Shown one piece after another: positions 50,478-60,281 of a stretch of 64,000 nucleotides of DNA; the first letter of the stretch is position 1, and each line of letters starts with the position of its first letter. The notes under the pieces were generated by a model that saw only the letters and a program-made list of their open reading frames with translations, did no database searches and had not been told where the DNA came from. The position numbers were made by a program, and so were the translations under genes. Location of the stretch: assembly GCA_009773205.1 (NCBI GenBank), contig WPAE01000002.1:3241-67240 (forward strand). Direction: 5' to 3'. The DNA is from Ignavibacteria bacterium (GTDB lineage Bacteria; Bacteroidota; Ignavibacteria; Ignavibacteriales; Melioribacteraceae).

Positions 50478-52085
50478 ATGTATAAGAGCTATTTCTACTT
50501 ACTAAGAGCAGCGCAAGAGTTGAGCTCAATATTGCAAAACAAGAAACTATTGGAATGCTATACTCAAGAAAGAGATAAATTATTTCTTCATATTCCAATT
50601 ATGGATTTTCCTCATTTTCATTTACTAATTTCTACTAATGCTCAAGAGTTCCATTTCTATTTTAAGATTGAGCAGCGCAAAGCGAAAAAAAATACAGCAA
50701 ATTTCTTTACTGATTTTCTGCCGCAGAAAATTGAAGCTGTTAAGATTGCTCTTGGTGAAAGGATTATTGTATTAGAAATGGAAACAGGAAGGTTTTATAT
50801 TCTTTTCCGTGGCAATAAATCCAACTGCTTTTTTAGCGATACAAAAAATCAATTACATACTTTTAAAAAAGTTTCTGGTGAACAACTTACTAAACTCAAA
50901 CATGAATTCTCGCAGCTATCATTAATATCTACGAGCGAAACAGTTATTGAAAGAATTTCTAAGGTAGAGCGATTCGATGAGCTAAAAGCGCTTCCCTATT
51001 TATCTAAAGATATTTTAAAGATTGCAGAAGCAAAAGAACATCCGGCTAATGCAGCAGTTAAGATCATAGAAGAAATAGTGTTTGATAAAATTGCAGTTGG
51101 AATTGATAAAAAAACTGGTGAAGCAATTTTTTCTCCTATTTCTATGCTCGATTCCAACAAGGAAATGAATCTGGAACTATTTGAAAACTACTTTGATGCA
51201 GTTACAAACTATTTTTCTTTGAAAAGAACTACAGTAAAAACACATGATTCAAAACTAGAAATCGAAAAATTTCTTGGCAATGAACTTGAGAAGATTACAT
51301 CAAAGCTTAATAAACTTAAAACAAGAATTGAAAACGGTTCTAAAGAAGCTGAGTACAAAAGAAACGGTGAGGCTTTACTTTCGGCTATAAGCGCAATTAA
51401 AAAGGGTTCTGCTGAAATTACTGTAAGCGATTGGAAAAGTAATTCTGAATTAAAGATTAAGATTGACCCCAAATTATCAGCGCAGCAGAACATCAATTAC
51501 CATTTTGATAAAGCTCGCTCAGAAAAACTAGAATATGAAAAATCTACATTGTTGTATAAGAATACTAAAGATAGATTTGAAAGGTTAATTACGTTTAGAG
51601 AAAAATTATCTATCGAACTGACTACTGAACAACTGCAAGAAATCAAAAAAGAATTAAAGATGAACATGCAGCAAAACTCAACTGAAGAGAAAAAAGAGAA
51701 ATTACCATTTAGACATTTTATTATTGAAGGCAAATATCATTTTTATATTGGGAAAGATGGCAAGAACAATGATGTTCTGACAACAAAATTTGCCAAACAA
51801 AATGATTTTTGGTTTCATGCAAGATCAGTTGCTGGCTCTCACGGCGTGTTAAGAGTTGAAAACACTAAAGAAGCAATTCCAAAACGTGTTTTGGAAAAAG
51901 CGGCTTCAATTACTGCGTTTTACAGTAAATCCAAAACTTCTAAATTGGCTCCTGTTACTTATACTCTTAAGAAATATGTAACAAAAAATTCGCGACACGA
52001 AGTTGGACAAGTGTCGGTAATGAAAGAAAATGTTTTACTCGTTCGCCCAGAAATTCCGGCTGACTGCGAGTACATCGAAGATTAG
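50478..52085 (+). CDS. rqcH: NFACT/RqcH family ribosome quality control protein
   Basis: ERIIVL, N.NYHFDKA coiled coil, IGKDGKNND.LT, WFHARSVAGSH NFACT-R domain. Confidence 0.8.
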   Translation: MYKSYFYLLRAAQELSSILQNKKLLECYTQERDKLFLHIPIMDFPHFHLLISTNAQEFHFYFKIEQRKAKKNTANFFTDFLPQKIEAVKIALGERIIVLEMETGRFYILFRGNKSNCFFSDTKNQLHTFKKVSGEQLTKLKHEFSQLSLISTSETVIERISKVERFDELKALPYLSKDILKIAEAKEHPANAAVKIIEEIVFDKIAVGIDKKTGEAIFSPISMLDSNKEMNLELFENYFDAVTNYFSLKRTTVKTHDSKLEIEKFLGNELEKITSKLNKLKTRIENGSKEAEYKRNGEALLSAISAIKKGSAEITVSDWKSNSELKIKIDPKLSAQQNINYHFDKARSEKLEYEKSTLLYKNTKDRFERLITFREKLSIELTTEQLQEIKKELKMNMQQNSTEEKKEKLPFRHFIIEGKYHFYIGKDGKNNDVLTTKFAKQNDFWFHARSVAGSHGVLRVENTKEAIPKRVLEKAASITAFYSKSKTSKLAPVTYTLKKYVTKNSRHEVGQVSVMKENVLLVRPEIPADCEYIED

Positions 52086-52300
52086 TTTATTTATCTTCTC
52101 TACCTCTAAACTTGTGCACACTTTTATGAACACCCATAAGAATAATCATCTTTTGGAAAAGAAAACCATGCAGAATTCCTCCTCATTCTGAAATTAGGAA
52201 GAATTTTGTCAGAGTAATTCATTCTTTGTAAATTGTAATAGAAGAATCAAGTATAACTAATTGATTCTGTTTTGCATTTCAATAATAACATGAGCCGAGA

Positions 52301-53356
52301 TTGGAAAGATTTGTACTTCAAAAAAATAAAGTAAAAAAAATTTTAATAATAAAACTTCGCGGAATTGGCGATGTTGTTTGCTCTACTATTGTACTAGACA
52401 ACTTACGTGAAGAATTTCCAAATGCTCAAATTGATTTTCTCACCGAGAAACCTTCATCGTTAGGTTTACGCGGCTTGAGCCAGATTAATAACGTACTCAT
52501 ATTCGATAAAAAAAGTTTAGCAGAAAGACTTAAACTTGCTTGGAAAATTAGAAAAACTAATTACGATCTTGTCTTCGACTTTTTCTGCAATCCAAGCTCT
52601 GCTCAAATTACATTTTTCAGCAGAGCTAAGTACAGAATCGGCTTTCCGTTACGTGGAAGAAAATATGCTTACAATCTATACGGTCCAGAAGAACGAAGCA
52701 CTTGGCACAACGCTGTATTACATCTGAAAGTACTAGAAAGATTTGGCTTAGAGACAAAACACCAGAATCTTCTTTATTCACTTGATTCAAAAAGCAAATC
52801 GTTCGCTGATAAATACTTCGACGATACATTTGAAAAGAACGATTTTGTTGTTGGAATTTGTCCTACCGGCAGTTGGGCATCTAAAAAATGTGATGCTGAA
52901 AAATTGGCTGAAATTGCAGAGTTGGTAATAAAAAGGTTTAATGCAAAGATTCTAATTCTTTGGGGAAAAGGTGACGAAGCCGACGGGGAAAAATTATTAG
53001 GCTTGCTTAAAAATAAGACCACATATGCTCCGCCAACAAGCATTTTGGAAATGTCTGCTCTTATATCTAAATGCAAATTCTTAATTGCAAATGATAGCGG
53101 ACCGATGCATATTTCTACTGCTTTATGTACACCTGTTTTAAGTATTCACGGACCTACATCACCACAATTGCAAGGTCCTTTTGGAGCGAAACACGAATGG
53201 ATCAATTTGCCAGAACTTGATTGCATAGTCTGCAACTTGCTTGAGTGTAAAAGAAACCACGAATGTTTTCTCAACTTACCAATTGAAAACATTATGAAAA
53301 AAATTGATTCGCTTGTATTAAAGAATAATCTAATAAGTAGTAAAAGATTTAGATAG
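52301..53356 (+). CDS. GT9 family glycosyltransferase (LPS heptosyltransferase-like)
   Basis: IIKLRGIGDVV, ANDSGPMH, HGPT. Confidence 0.9.
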   Translation: MERFVLQKNKVKKILIIKLRGIGDVVCSTIVLDNLREEFPNAQIDFLTEKPSSLGLRGLSQINNVLIFDKKSLAERLKLAWKIRKTNYDLVFDFFCNPSSAQITFFSRAKYRIGFPLRGRKYAYNLYGPEERSTWHNAVLHLKVLERFGLETKHQNLLYSLDSKSKSFADKYFDDTFEKNDFVVGICPTGSWASKKCDAEKLAEIAELVIKRFNAKILILWGKGDEADGEKLLGLLKNKTTYAPPTSILEMSALISKCKFLIANDSGPMHISTALCTPVLSIHGPTSPQLQGPFGAKHEWINLPELDCIVCNLLECKRNHECFLNLPIENIMKKIDSLVLKNNLISSKRFR

Positions 53357-53379
53357 TTTGCTTAACTTATTTTTTTGAA

Positions 53380-54270
53380 ATGAGAAATCAATATCAATTA
53401 ATTCAAAATAGAATAAAAAATAAAAAGCCGCTTTTGTTAAATGGCGCAATAGGAACTTATCTTTCTGAACTTGGCTTTGAACCAGATAAGCACTTATGGT
53501 TCTCTCACTTGAATATCTTAAATCCGGAAGCTATAGTTGAACTGCATAACGAGTACATTGAAGCCGGAGCAGATATTATAACGACCAATACTTTTAGAAC
53601 AAATCCGGCAGCTAAAAAGAAAAGTAACTTAGCAATTACAAACGCAGAACTCGTAAAAAAAAGTGTAAAATTAGCCCTACAAGCTAAAGGAGATTCGGAA
53701 ATAATTATTGCTGGTTCTAATGCTCCCGCCGAAGATTGCTACCAACGAGAAAGAACTATCTCAGCATTCGCTCTTGAGTACAATCATAAAAAACATATTG
53801 AATTACTGTATGAATCTGGCTGCGATATAATATTGAATGAAACGCAATCGCATTTAGATGAGTTAGATGTTATTTGTAAATTCTGCACAAACAATTCAAT
53901 TCCCTACTCAATCAGCCTTTACTTCGATGATTCGCTGCATATTTTAAGTGGACACACTCTAGAAGAAACTATTGAGCTTGTTAGCAGCTATTCCCCGCAA
54001 TCCATTGGTTTTAATTGCATTAAGATTGATTATCTAAAATGTTTTTTGTACAAATATTATTTCCCTCATAATTTCGGATTTTATTTGAACTGCGCTGAAA
54101 GTAGTGTCACATATCCAGAAATGAACTGCAAGATTACGCCTCAAAACTACTTGGATTTGGTGAAAGAATATATTACAGATGACCTTTTGTTCATTGGCTC
54201 ATGCTGTGGCTCAAGCCCAAGGCACACAAAGTTACTAAGGGAGCATGTTGATGAAATTTATAGAAATTAA
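53380..54270 (+). CDS. Homocysteine S-methyltransferase family protein
   Basis: LNGAIGT, HNEYIEAGADIITTNTF, GFNC, GSCCG Zn ligands. Confidence 0.85.
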   Translation: MRNQYQLIQNRIKNKKPLLLNGAIGTYLSELGFEPDKHLWFSHLNILNPEAIVELHNEYIEAGADIITTNTFRTNPAAKKKSNLAITNAELVKKSVKLALQAKGDSEIIIAGSNAPAEDCYQRERTISAFALEYNHKKHIELLYESGCDIILNETQSHLDELDVICKFCTNNSIPYSISLYFDDSLHILSGHTLEETIELVSSYSPQSIGFNCIKIDYLKCFLYKYYFPHNFGFYLNCAESSVTYPEMNCKITPQNYLDLVKEYITDDLLFIGSCCGSSPRHTKLLREHVDEIYRN

Positions 54271-55093
54271 AGCACACGCTAAGATCAATATTGGTTTAGA
54301 TGTCTTGTCTAAACGCGAAGACGGCTTTCATAACCTAAATACATTGTTTTACCCGATCCTCGATCTATTCGATACACTTTATTTTGAGCGTTCAGATAAA
54401 TTCGAGTTCAAATGTGATTCTAAATCTATCCCAACTGATAGCTCTAATCTTGTTGTAAAAGCTGTTAAGTTGTTAGAAGATATTAGTGGAAAAAAACTTA
54501 CTGCAAAGGTAGAATTGCACAAAAAAATACCTTCACAAGCTGGTTTAGGCGGCGGTAGTTCTGATGCAGCTGCTACTTTAATTTCATTGAATGAAATGTT
54601 TCAACTTGAAATTAAGTACGAACAAATGTTAGAACTTGCTCTCGAACTTGGCTCCGATGTTCCTTTTTTCATAAAAGCAAAACCAGCTATAGGAAAGTTA
54701 CGTGGTGAAATTCTTGAGTACGTAGAACTTTTCATTGAAGAGCCGATTCTAATTGTGAATCCGTGTATTAATGTTTCCACTAAAGAGGCATTTTCATACA
54801 TTCAGCCAAAGGATACTGCAACAGAATTTAAAAATCTAATAGTAAATGAAAAATTAGACTACTCTAAATGTAGATCTGTAGTCAAAAATGATTTCGAGAC
54901 ACCGGTTTTTAATTTGCATCCACAATTACAACAAATCAAAAAGGAATTTTACAATCAAGGAGCTTTATTTGCTTTGATGTCCGGAACCGGCTCTACTATG
55001 TATGGAATTTTCCCGGATTTGAGTTCTGCCGAATCTGCAAGATCGAGAATGGATTCATCTTATTTCTGTTTTATGAGTACTCCTCACTTGTAA
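54251..55093 (+). CDS. ispE: 4-diphosphocytidyl-2-C-methyl-D-erythritol kinase
   Basis: AHAKINIGL, KKIPSQAGLGGGSSDAA, LGSDVPFF, MSGTGS. Confidence 0.96.
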   Translation: MKFIEIKAHAKINIGLDVLSKREDGFHNLNTLFYPILDLFDTLYFERSDKFEFKCDSKSIPTDSSNLVVKAVKLLEDISGKKLTAKVELHKKIPSQAGLGGGSSDAAATLISLNEMFQLEIKYEQMLELALELGSDVPFFIKAKPAIGKLRGEILEYVELFIEEPILIVNPCINVSTKEAFSYIQPKDTATEFKNLIVNEKLDYSKCRSVVKNDFETPVFNLHPQLQQIKKEFYNQGALFALMSGTGSTMYGIFPDLSSAESARSRMDSSYFCFMSTPHL

Positions 55094-56492
55094 CTGTATC
55101 TATTTCCAGTCCAGCTTTTTTATAAGGCAGTTTGATAATTACAGTTGTCCCCGGTGAATCGGCATTTCCAATTTTTGAAGGACTTATGATAGAAATTTCT
55201 CCTTGATGTTTGACAATAATTTCGTGAGTAATTGAAAGCCCCATACCACTTCCTTCAATTTCCGATTTCTTAACATTAGTAGCTCTATAGAAATGCAGAA
55301 AAATATCCTTTTGCTCTGGTTCCGGAATCCCAATTCCATTATCGCTTATTTCAATAAATAGCAATTCCTTTTCATCGGTTAAGATGATAAATATTTCTCC
55401 GTTCTGTCTTGAGTATTTTATTGCATTAGATATAAGATTTGATAGAGCTAATTCCAATAGCATTGGGGCGCCATATAAATCACATTTTTCTTTCCTCTTA
55501 TCGCTAAAACTCAGCATTATATTTTTCTCTTCAATATCTTCTAAACGAACATCAAGTATGTTTTTTATTAACTCTTCAATTCTAACTAATTCATTATTCT
55601 TAATATCCAGCAGTTTGATTCTAGAAAATCTGAGAATATCGTTGATAAGAGATATAGCTTCATCGCTTCTCAGCCTTGCGCGCTGAAGTTTATTAGTAAT
55701 CTCTAAATTTACCGGGCCTACATAGTTTCCAAGAAGGAGATCAATAATTGATTTAACAGCAATGACCGGAGATTTAATTTCATGAACTACACCAAGTGTG
55801 TATCTCTGTTTAGTGTTTTCAGCTTCTTTCAGCTTTTCAAGAGAATCTCTTAGCTGCTGCTCTCTCTTAAACAACTGCCTTGAAATCTTGTTGGTTATGT
55901 AAACACTTACAAATAGTGTAAATGAAAATGTAAGAACATATATCAGATCGTATTCTGATGAGAGAAAAGTAGAACTTTGAATAGTGCCAATGATTTTATG
56001 GCTTGGAATAATAAATAAATATTCTAAGTACAGCAGAACAACTAAGCTGATAGAAATAATTGCTGCGGCAGTATAAACTAAAAAGCCGGGCAATATCATA
56101 CTGCCAATTATCATGTGAAAAACAAATAACATAATTAACGGCGAATCAATTGTACCTGTAAAGTAAACAAGTAAAAGCAATTCCATTAAATCTAAAACCA
56201 TCATTATAAGAGAAGTGTGTAAACAGTTGAATTTATTTGGGCTGCAGCCAATACGTAAACGAAAAACATGAATAATTATATTATAAAAAAGAATTGTTAC
56301 TGCTATAATTAGTATGGCAACAAACTGAATTTCACTTAATCTGAAACTAAACAGATAGTTTACTATTAACAGAAATGCTATTAAGATTACTACAGCTAAG
56401 TATCGTAATCTTATAAACCACAAATTTCTGACCCTTATTGCTCTCCAGAACTCACCGTAATGGTGCGCCCAATCCGGTACAAGCGAAAGCAT
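55071..56492 (-). CDS. Integral-membrane sensor histidine kinase
   Basis: About five N-terminal TMs; H-box HEIKSP, N-box NLISNAIKY, DNGIG, GSGMGL. Confidence 0.9.
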   Translation of the reverse strand: MLSLVPDWAHHYGEFWRAIRVRNLWFIRLRYLAVVILIAFLLIVNYLFSFRLSEIQFVAILIIAVTILFYNIIIHVFRLRIGCSPNKFNCLHTSLIMMVLDLMELLLLVYFTGTIDSPLIMLFVFHMIIGSMILPGFLVYTAAAIISISLVVLLYLEYLFIIPSHKIIGTIQSSTFLSSEYDLIYVLTFSFTLFVSVYITNKISRQLFKREQQLRDSLEKLKEAENTKQRYTLGVVHEIKSPVIAVKSIIDLLLGNYVGPVNLEITNKLQRARLRSDEAISLINDILRFSRIKLLDIKNNELVRIEELIKNILDVRLEDIEEKNIMLSFSDKRKEKCDLYGAPMLLELALSNLISNAIKYSRQNGEIFIILTDEKELLFIEISDNGIGIPEPEQKDIFLHFYRATNVKKSEIEGSGMGLSITHEIIVKHQGEISIISPSKIGNADSPGTTVIIKLPYKKAGLEIDTVTSEEYS

Positions 56493-56660
56493 ATCTATCT
56501 CAATTGAATGAATGTGCTATTCAAATTATGTTCAATATAACTTATGTACTCACTTTGCGCAAGAGAATCTTAGTGTAGACCCCAAATGAAACAATGGCTT
56601 TCTTTTGTAATGCGAGTAAGAAAGAAATTGTATTATAAACTAATTTTCTTTTTGCTACAT

Positions 56661-56693
56661 AAAAAACAGGCTCGGCAATACCGAGCCTGTTTT
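56661..56693 (-). terminator. Rho-independent terminator after hydA
   Basis: Stem aaaacaggctcgg / ccgagcctgtttt with 5-nt loop; T-tract on the minus strand. Confidence 0.88.
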
Positions 56694-56696
56694 GTT

Positions 56697-58613
56697 TTAG
56701 GCAATATATCTTCCACGTTTTACATAGTGAGTATGCAGTAATTTATGCGACTTATGACCGCAAGGTCCATCGGTAAAAAATTCTTCATACAATTTAACTA
56801 CGTTTGGATTATCGTGAGCTTTGCGTACTTGAAGCGATTCATCTTCCGAATAAATTGCTTGCGCACGTTTCTTACGAATTTCTGGTGTTGTTGGTATTGG
56901 CTGCCCGCCGCCGCCTAAACAGCCGCCTGGACAAGCCATAAATTCTATGAAATGACATTCGGAGAATTTACCGCCTGCTTTAATATCATCCATAATCTTT
57001 TTAGCATTTGCAGTACCGTGTGCCACAGCAACTTTAAGCGTTACACCTTTAAGCCAATCCCAGTTTGGAACTAAGTGTTTAATAACATCGGGAACCGGTC
57101 CAAATTTTTCTCCAAGAGGCAGCTCTACATATTTAATTCCTTCGAAACCTCTAACAGGAGTAACGTTGGCATTTGCAAAAGCATCTTCCGTTTTATTGCC
57201 GGTTATAAATTCATAGATAGAGCGGATTGCAGCTTCCATAACACCGCCTGTAGCACCAAAAATTAATCCGGCGCCAGAAGCTTCGCCAAACGGAGAGTCG
57301 AAATCACTCTTTGGCATTTCCGGTAAATTAATTCCCGCTTCTTTAATCATCCGAGCTAATTCGCGGGTTGTTAAACCATAATCAACATCTTTGTAACCGC
57401 TGTCATTCATTTCGGGTCTGTTGCACTCATATTTTTTTGCAGAACAAGGCATAACAGCTACAGAAACTATGTCTTCTGGTTTTACACCAGCTTTTTCTGC
57501 GTAAAAAGTTTTTATTAATGCGCCAAACATTTGCTGCGGAGATTTTGCAGTTGAAAGATTATCAATTTGTTCTGGATAATAATGCTCTAAGAATTTTACC
57601 CATCCTGGTGAACAAGAAGTGAATTGTGGAAGTGCAACGGGTTCTTTTTGAACTATTGCTTTGTAAAGACGGAGAACTAATTCCGTTCCCTCTTCAAAGA
57701 TTGTTAAATCAGCTGTAGTATTTGTATCGAATACTTTATCGAAACCAATTCTACGCAAAGCTGTGTTTAATTCTTTTGTTAGAGAATGCCCTGCTTCCAT
57801 TGCAAATTCTTCGCAGATAGCCGCACGTGGCGATGGTGCTGTTTGAATTACAACATGCTTAGCCGGGTCATCAATAGCAGCCCAAATTTCATCTGATGGA
57901 TCGTTTGCGCGGAGTGCAGCCGTTGGACAGCGGTTAATGCATTGCCCGCAGTTTATACAAATTACATCAAGCAGAGGCTTATCTAAAAAAGTGCTTATGC
58001 GTGTATTATGTCCACGCTCTACAGATTCTAGAACACCAACTTCTTGTAAATCAATACATGTTCTAACGCATCTCTTGCAAAGAACGCATTTACTCATATC
58101 TCTTATAACAGAATAAGAAGATTCATCAAGTTCGTATCGCGGCGCTTCTACATGTCCAAAAGTAAAATTATCAACTCCATACTCTTTAGCTAAATACTGA
58201 AGTTCGCATTTGCCGTTTCTTAAACATGAATAGCATTCGCCGTAATGCTCACTTAACATCAAATCAATTATATGGCGGCGTGCTTTGCGTACAGAAGGCG
58301 TGGATGTTTTAATTTTAATAGGCGAAGTAATTGGATAAGCACAAGAAGCCTGAAGCGTTCTCATTCCTTCTACTTCTACAACGCAAACGCGGCATACACC
58401 GGCAACGCACAAATCTTCATGATGACAAAGTGTTGGAACTGTAATTCCATTCATTTTGCATGCATCAAGAATTGTTGTGCCAAGTGGAACAGTAACTTTC
58501 TTTTCATTTATCTCTATTGAAATTGTTCCGCCTATGTAAGAAGGATCAACCGGTTTCTCAATAACGAGGGGCTTCTGGCTAACCGGAGCTCTAAGTTTAC
58601 CTTTATTTTCCAT
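56697..58613 (-). CDS. hydA: [FeFe]-hydrogenase catalytic subunit (group A, multimeric)
   Basis: [2Fe-2S] TLC..CRVC, His-ligated H..EC..C..C, 2x[4Fe-4S] CVLCKRC / CINCGQC; H-cluster motifs FTSCSPGW, MPCSAKK, EFMACPGGCLGGGG. Confidence 0.95.
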   Translation of the reverse strand: MENKGKLRAPVSQKPLVIEKPVDPSYIGGTISIEINEKKVTVPLGTTILDACKMNGITVPTLCHHEDLCVAGVCRVCVVEVEGMRTLQASCAYPITSPIKIKTSTPSVRKARRHIIDLMLSEHYGECYSCLRNGKCELQYLAKEYGVDNFTFGHVEAPRYELDESSYSVIRDMSKCVLCKRCVRTCIDLQEVGVLESVERGHNTRISTFLDKPLLDVICINCGQCINRCPTAALRANDPSDEIWAAIDDPAKHVVIQTAPSPRAAICEEFAMEAGHSLTKELNTALRRIGFDKVFDTNTTADLTIFEEGTELVLRLYKAIVQKEPVALPQFTSCSPGWVKFLEHYYPEQIDNLSTAKSPQQMFGALIKTFYAEKAGVKPEDIVSVAVMPCSAKKYECNRPEMNDSGYKDVDYGLTTRELARMIKEAGINLPEMPKSDFDSPFGEASGAGLIFGATGGVMEAAIRSIYEFITGNKTEDAFANANVTPVRGFEGIKYVELPLGEKFGPVPDVIKHLVPNWDWLKGVTLKVAVAHGTANAKKIMDDIKAGGKFSECHFIEFMACPGGCLGGGGQPIPTTPEIRKKRAQAIYSEDESLQVRKAHDNPNVVKLYEEFFTDGPCGHKSHKLLHTHYVKRGRYIA

Positions 58614-59799
58614 TGTTACCTCCGTTATTGAAAATTTCTTCTTTGAAGTTTTCTAAGATTGATAAAAATGCGTTTGGGCTTGATTGACCTAAGCCGCACT
58701 TGGATGAAAGCTGCATTGTTTTGCCAAGTTCTTTTAGTTTGTTGATGTAGCCGAAAGTGTATTCATGCCTCTCAAGCATTTCAACTCCTTCTAAAAGTTT
58801 TACATTTCCTATTCGGCAAGGTGTACATTGCCCGCAAGATTCTTCAACAAAAAATTCCATAAAGTTTTTTAACACATGAAGCATATTTCTACTTTCATTA
58901 AATATCATAATAGAACCGCCGGTTGCAGCATCTTCGTAGCCAAATATTCTTTCGAATTGAGATTTTGGAATGCAAATACCAGAGGCACCTCCAACTTGTA
59001 CGGCTTTTGTGTCTTTAGCTTCAACAAGTTTTAGCAGCTCAGATATTTTTGTTCCCCAAGGCAATTCGTAAACTCCAGGCTTATCGCAATCGCCGCTAAC
59101 AGAAAATAATTTTGAACCGGTTGATTTATCTGTACCATGTTTGCAGTACCAAGAACCGCCTTTAATAACAATATGAGCAACTGAGGCAAAAGTTTCTACA
59201 TTATTAACGGTTGTTGGCTTTCCCATAAAACCAGTGTTTACTGGATAAGGCGGGCGGTTGCGTGCTTCGCCGCGGTTCCCTTCAAGAGACTCAATCAATG
59301 CAGTTTCTTCGCCGCAAACATAAGCGCCGCTGCCAAGACGAATTTTAATGTCAAAATTAAAATCTACTTTGCCGCAAATATTTTTGCCGAGCAAGTTTTC
59401 TTTACGCATCGTCTCTAAATAATCTTCTAAAGATTTTAACATGTACTCGTATTCGCCGCGTAAATAAACTATGCCAAGCTTAGCGCCAATTACATAACCG
59501 GCTATTACCATTCCGTCAAAAACCAATTCGGGATATTCGAGCAGCAGAACTCTATCCTTAAATGTTCCCGGTTCACCTTCATCTGCATTACATACTACAT
59601 ATTTTTCTTCAGCAGAAGCTGCAGCTACTAAAGTCCATTTTGTTGCTGTTGGAAATCCTGCACCGCCTCTTCCCTTTAGTTTTGATTCGCGAAGTTCAAA
59701 TAAAATATCTTCACGTTTTAAAGAGACTGCTTTAATTATTGATTCACCTTTAATGTAAGGCGAGAATATTACAGATCCTTCTCTATTTTTCTTTTCCAT
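58603..59799 (-). CDS. hydB: NuoF-like diaphorase subunit, short form
   Basis: GRGGAGFP, NADEGEPGTFKDR, YVCGEETAL, ESCGQCTPCRIG..CGLG; ends right after the single [4Fe-4S] domain. Confidence 0.92.
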   Translation of the reverse strand: MEKKNREGSVIFSPYIKGESIIKAVSLKREDILFELRESKLKGRGGAGFPTATKWTLVAAASAEEKYVVCNADEGEPGTFKDRVLLLEYPELVFDGMVIAGYVIGAKLGIVYLRGEYEYMLKSLEDYLETMRKENLLGKNICGKVDFNFDIKIRLGSGAYVCGEETALIESLEGNRGEARNRPPYPVNTGFMGKPTTVNNVETFASVAHIVIKGGSWYCKHGTDKSTGSKLFSVSGDCDKPGVYELPWGTKISELLKLVEAKDTKAVQVGGASGICIPKSQFERIFGYEDAATGGSIMIFNESRNMLHVLKNFMEFFVEESCGQCTPCRIGNVKLLEGVEMLERHEYTFGYINKLKELGKTMQLSSKCGLGQSSPNAFLSILENFKEEIFNNGGNNGK

Positions 59800-59807
59800 T
59801 CTTCACC

Positions 59808-60281
59808 TCACTTAATCGCGTTTAATATTTGTACAGCTTTTTCGGTAGATACTTTTGGGAATACTCTTTCATTAACAAGTAATGCAGGACCTTGATCGCA
59901 CATTCCTAAACAGTTAACATATTCGAGAGTAATTTTGTTATCCTTTGTTGTTTCTCCGAACTTAATTCCGAGTTCTCTTTCGATTGCTTTAGCAACACTT
60001 GCTTTGCCTGCTATATCGCAAGTAATTGTCTGGCAGAGACGAACTATGTTTCTTCCTTTCGGGTTAGTGTTCAAAAAAGCATAGAAAGAAATTACGCTGT
60101 AAACTTCAACCGGATGAATATCTAGCAGGCGTGCAATTTCTTGTTGAGCGAAATCTGGAACGTGTTTATGCTTTCTTTGAATATCCTGAAGAATTGGTAA
60201 AAGTGCCGAACGTGAATTGCCATGTTCCTTAACAAGCAATTCTATCTCTTCAGTCATAGCATTTTTTTCTAGTACAAGCAT
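59808..60281 (-). CDS. hydC: NuoE-like [2Fe-2S] subunit
   Basis: VYSVISFY, CQTITC, NCLGMCDQGP. Confidence 0.92.
   Translation of the reverse strand: MLVLEKNAMTEEIELLVKEHGNSRSALLPILQDIQRKHKHVPDFAQQEIARLLDIHPVEVYSVISFYAFLNTNPKGRNIVRLCQTITCDIAGKASVAKAIERELGIKFGETTKDNKITLEYVNCLGMCDQGPALLVNERVFPKVSTEKAVQILNAIK

Noticed and set aside
52101-52135. tacctctaa and cttttatgaacaccc resembling solo TIR ends
   Set aside because: No partner inverted repeat or target duplication found nearby; could be chance in AT-rich DNA.
56504-56524. ttgaat-N9-attcaa palindrome upstream of the membrane kinase as an FNR/Rex operator
   Set aside because: Spacing and sequence fit neither FNR (TTGAT-N4-ATCAA) nor Rex consensus; too short to support alone.
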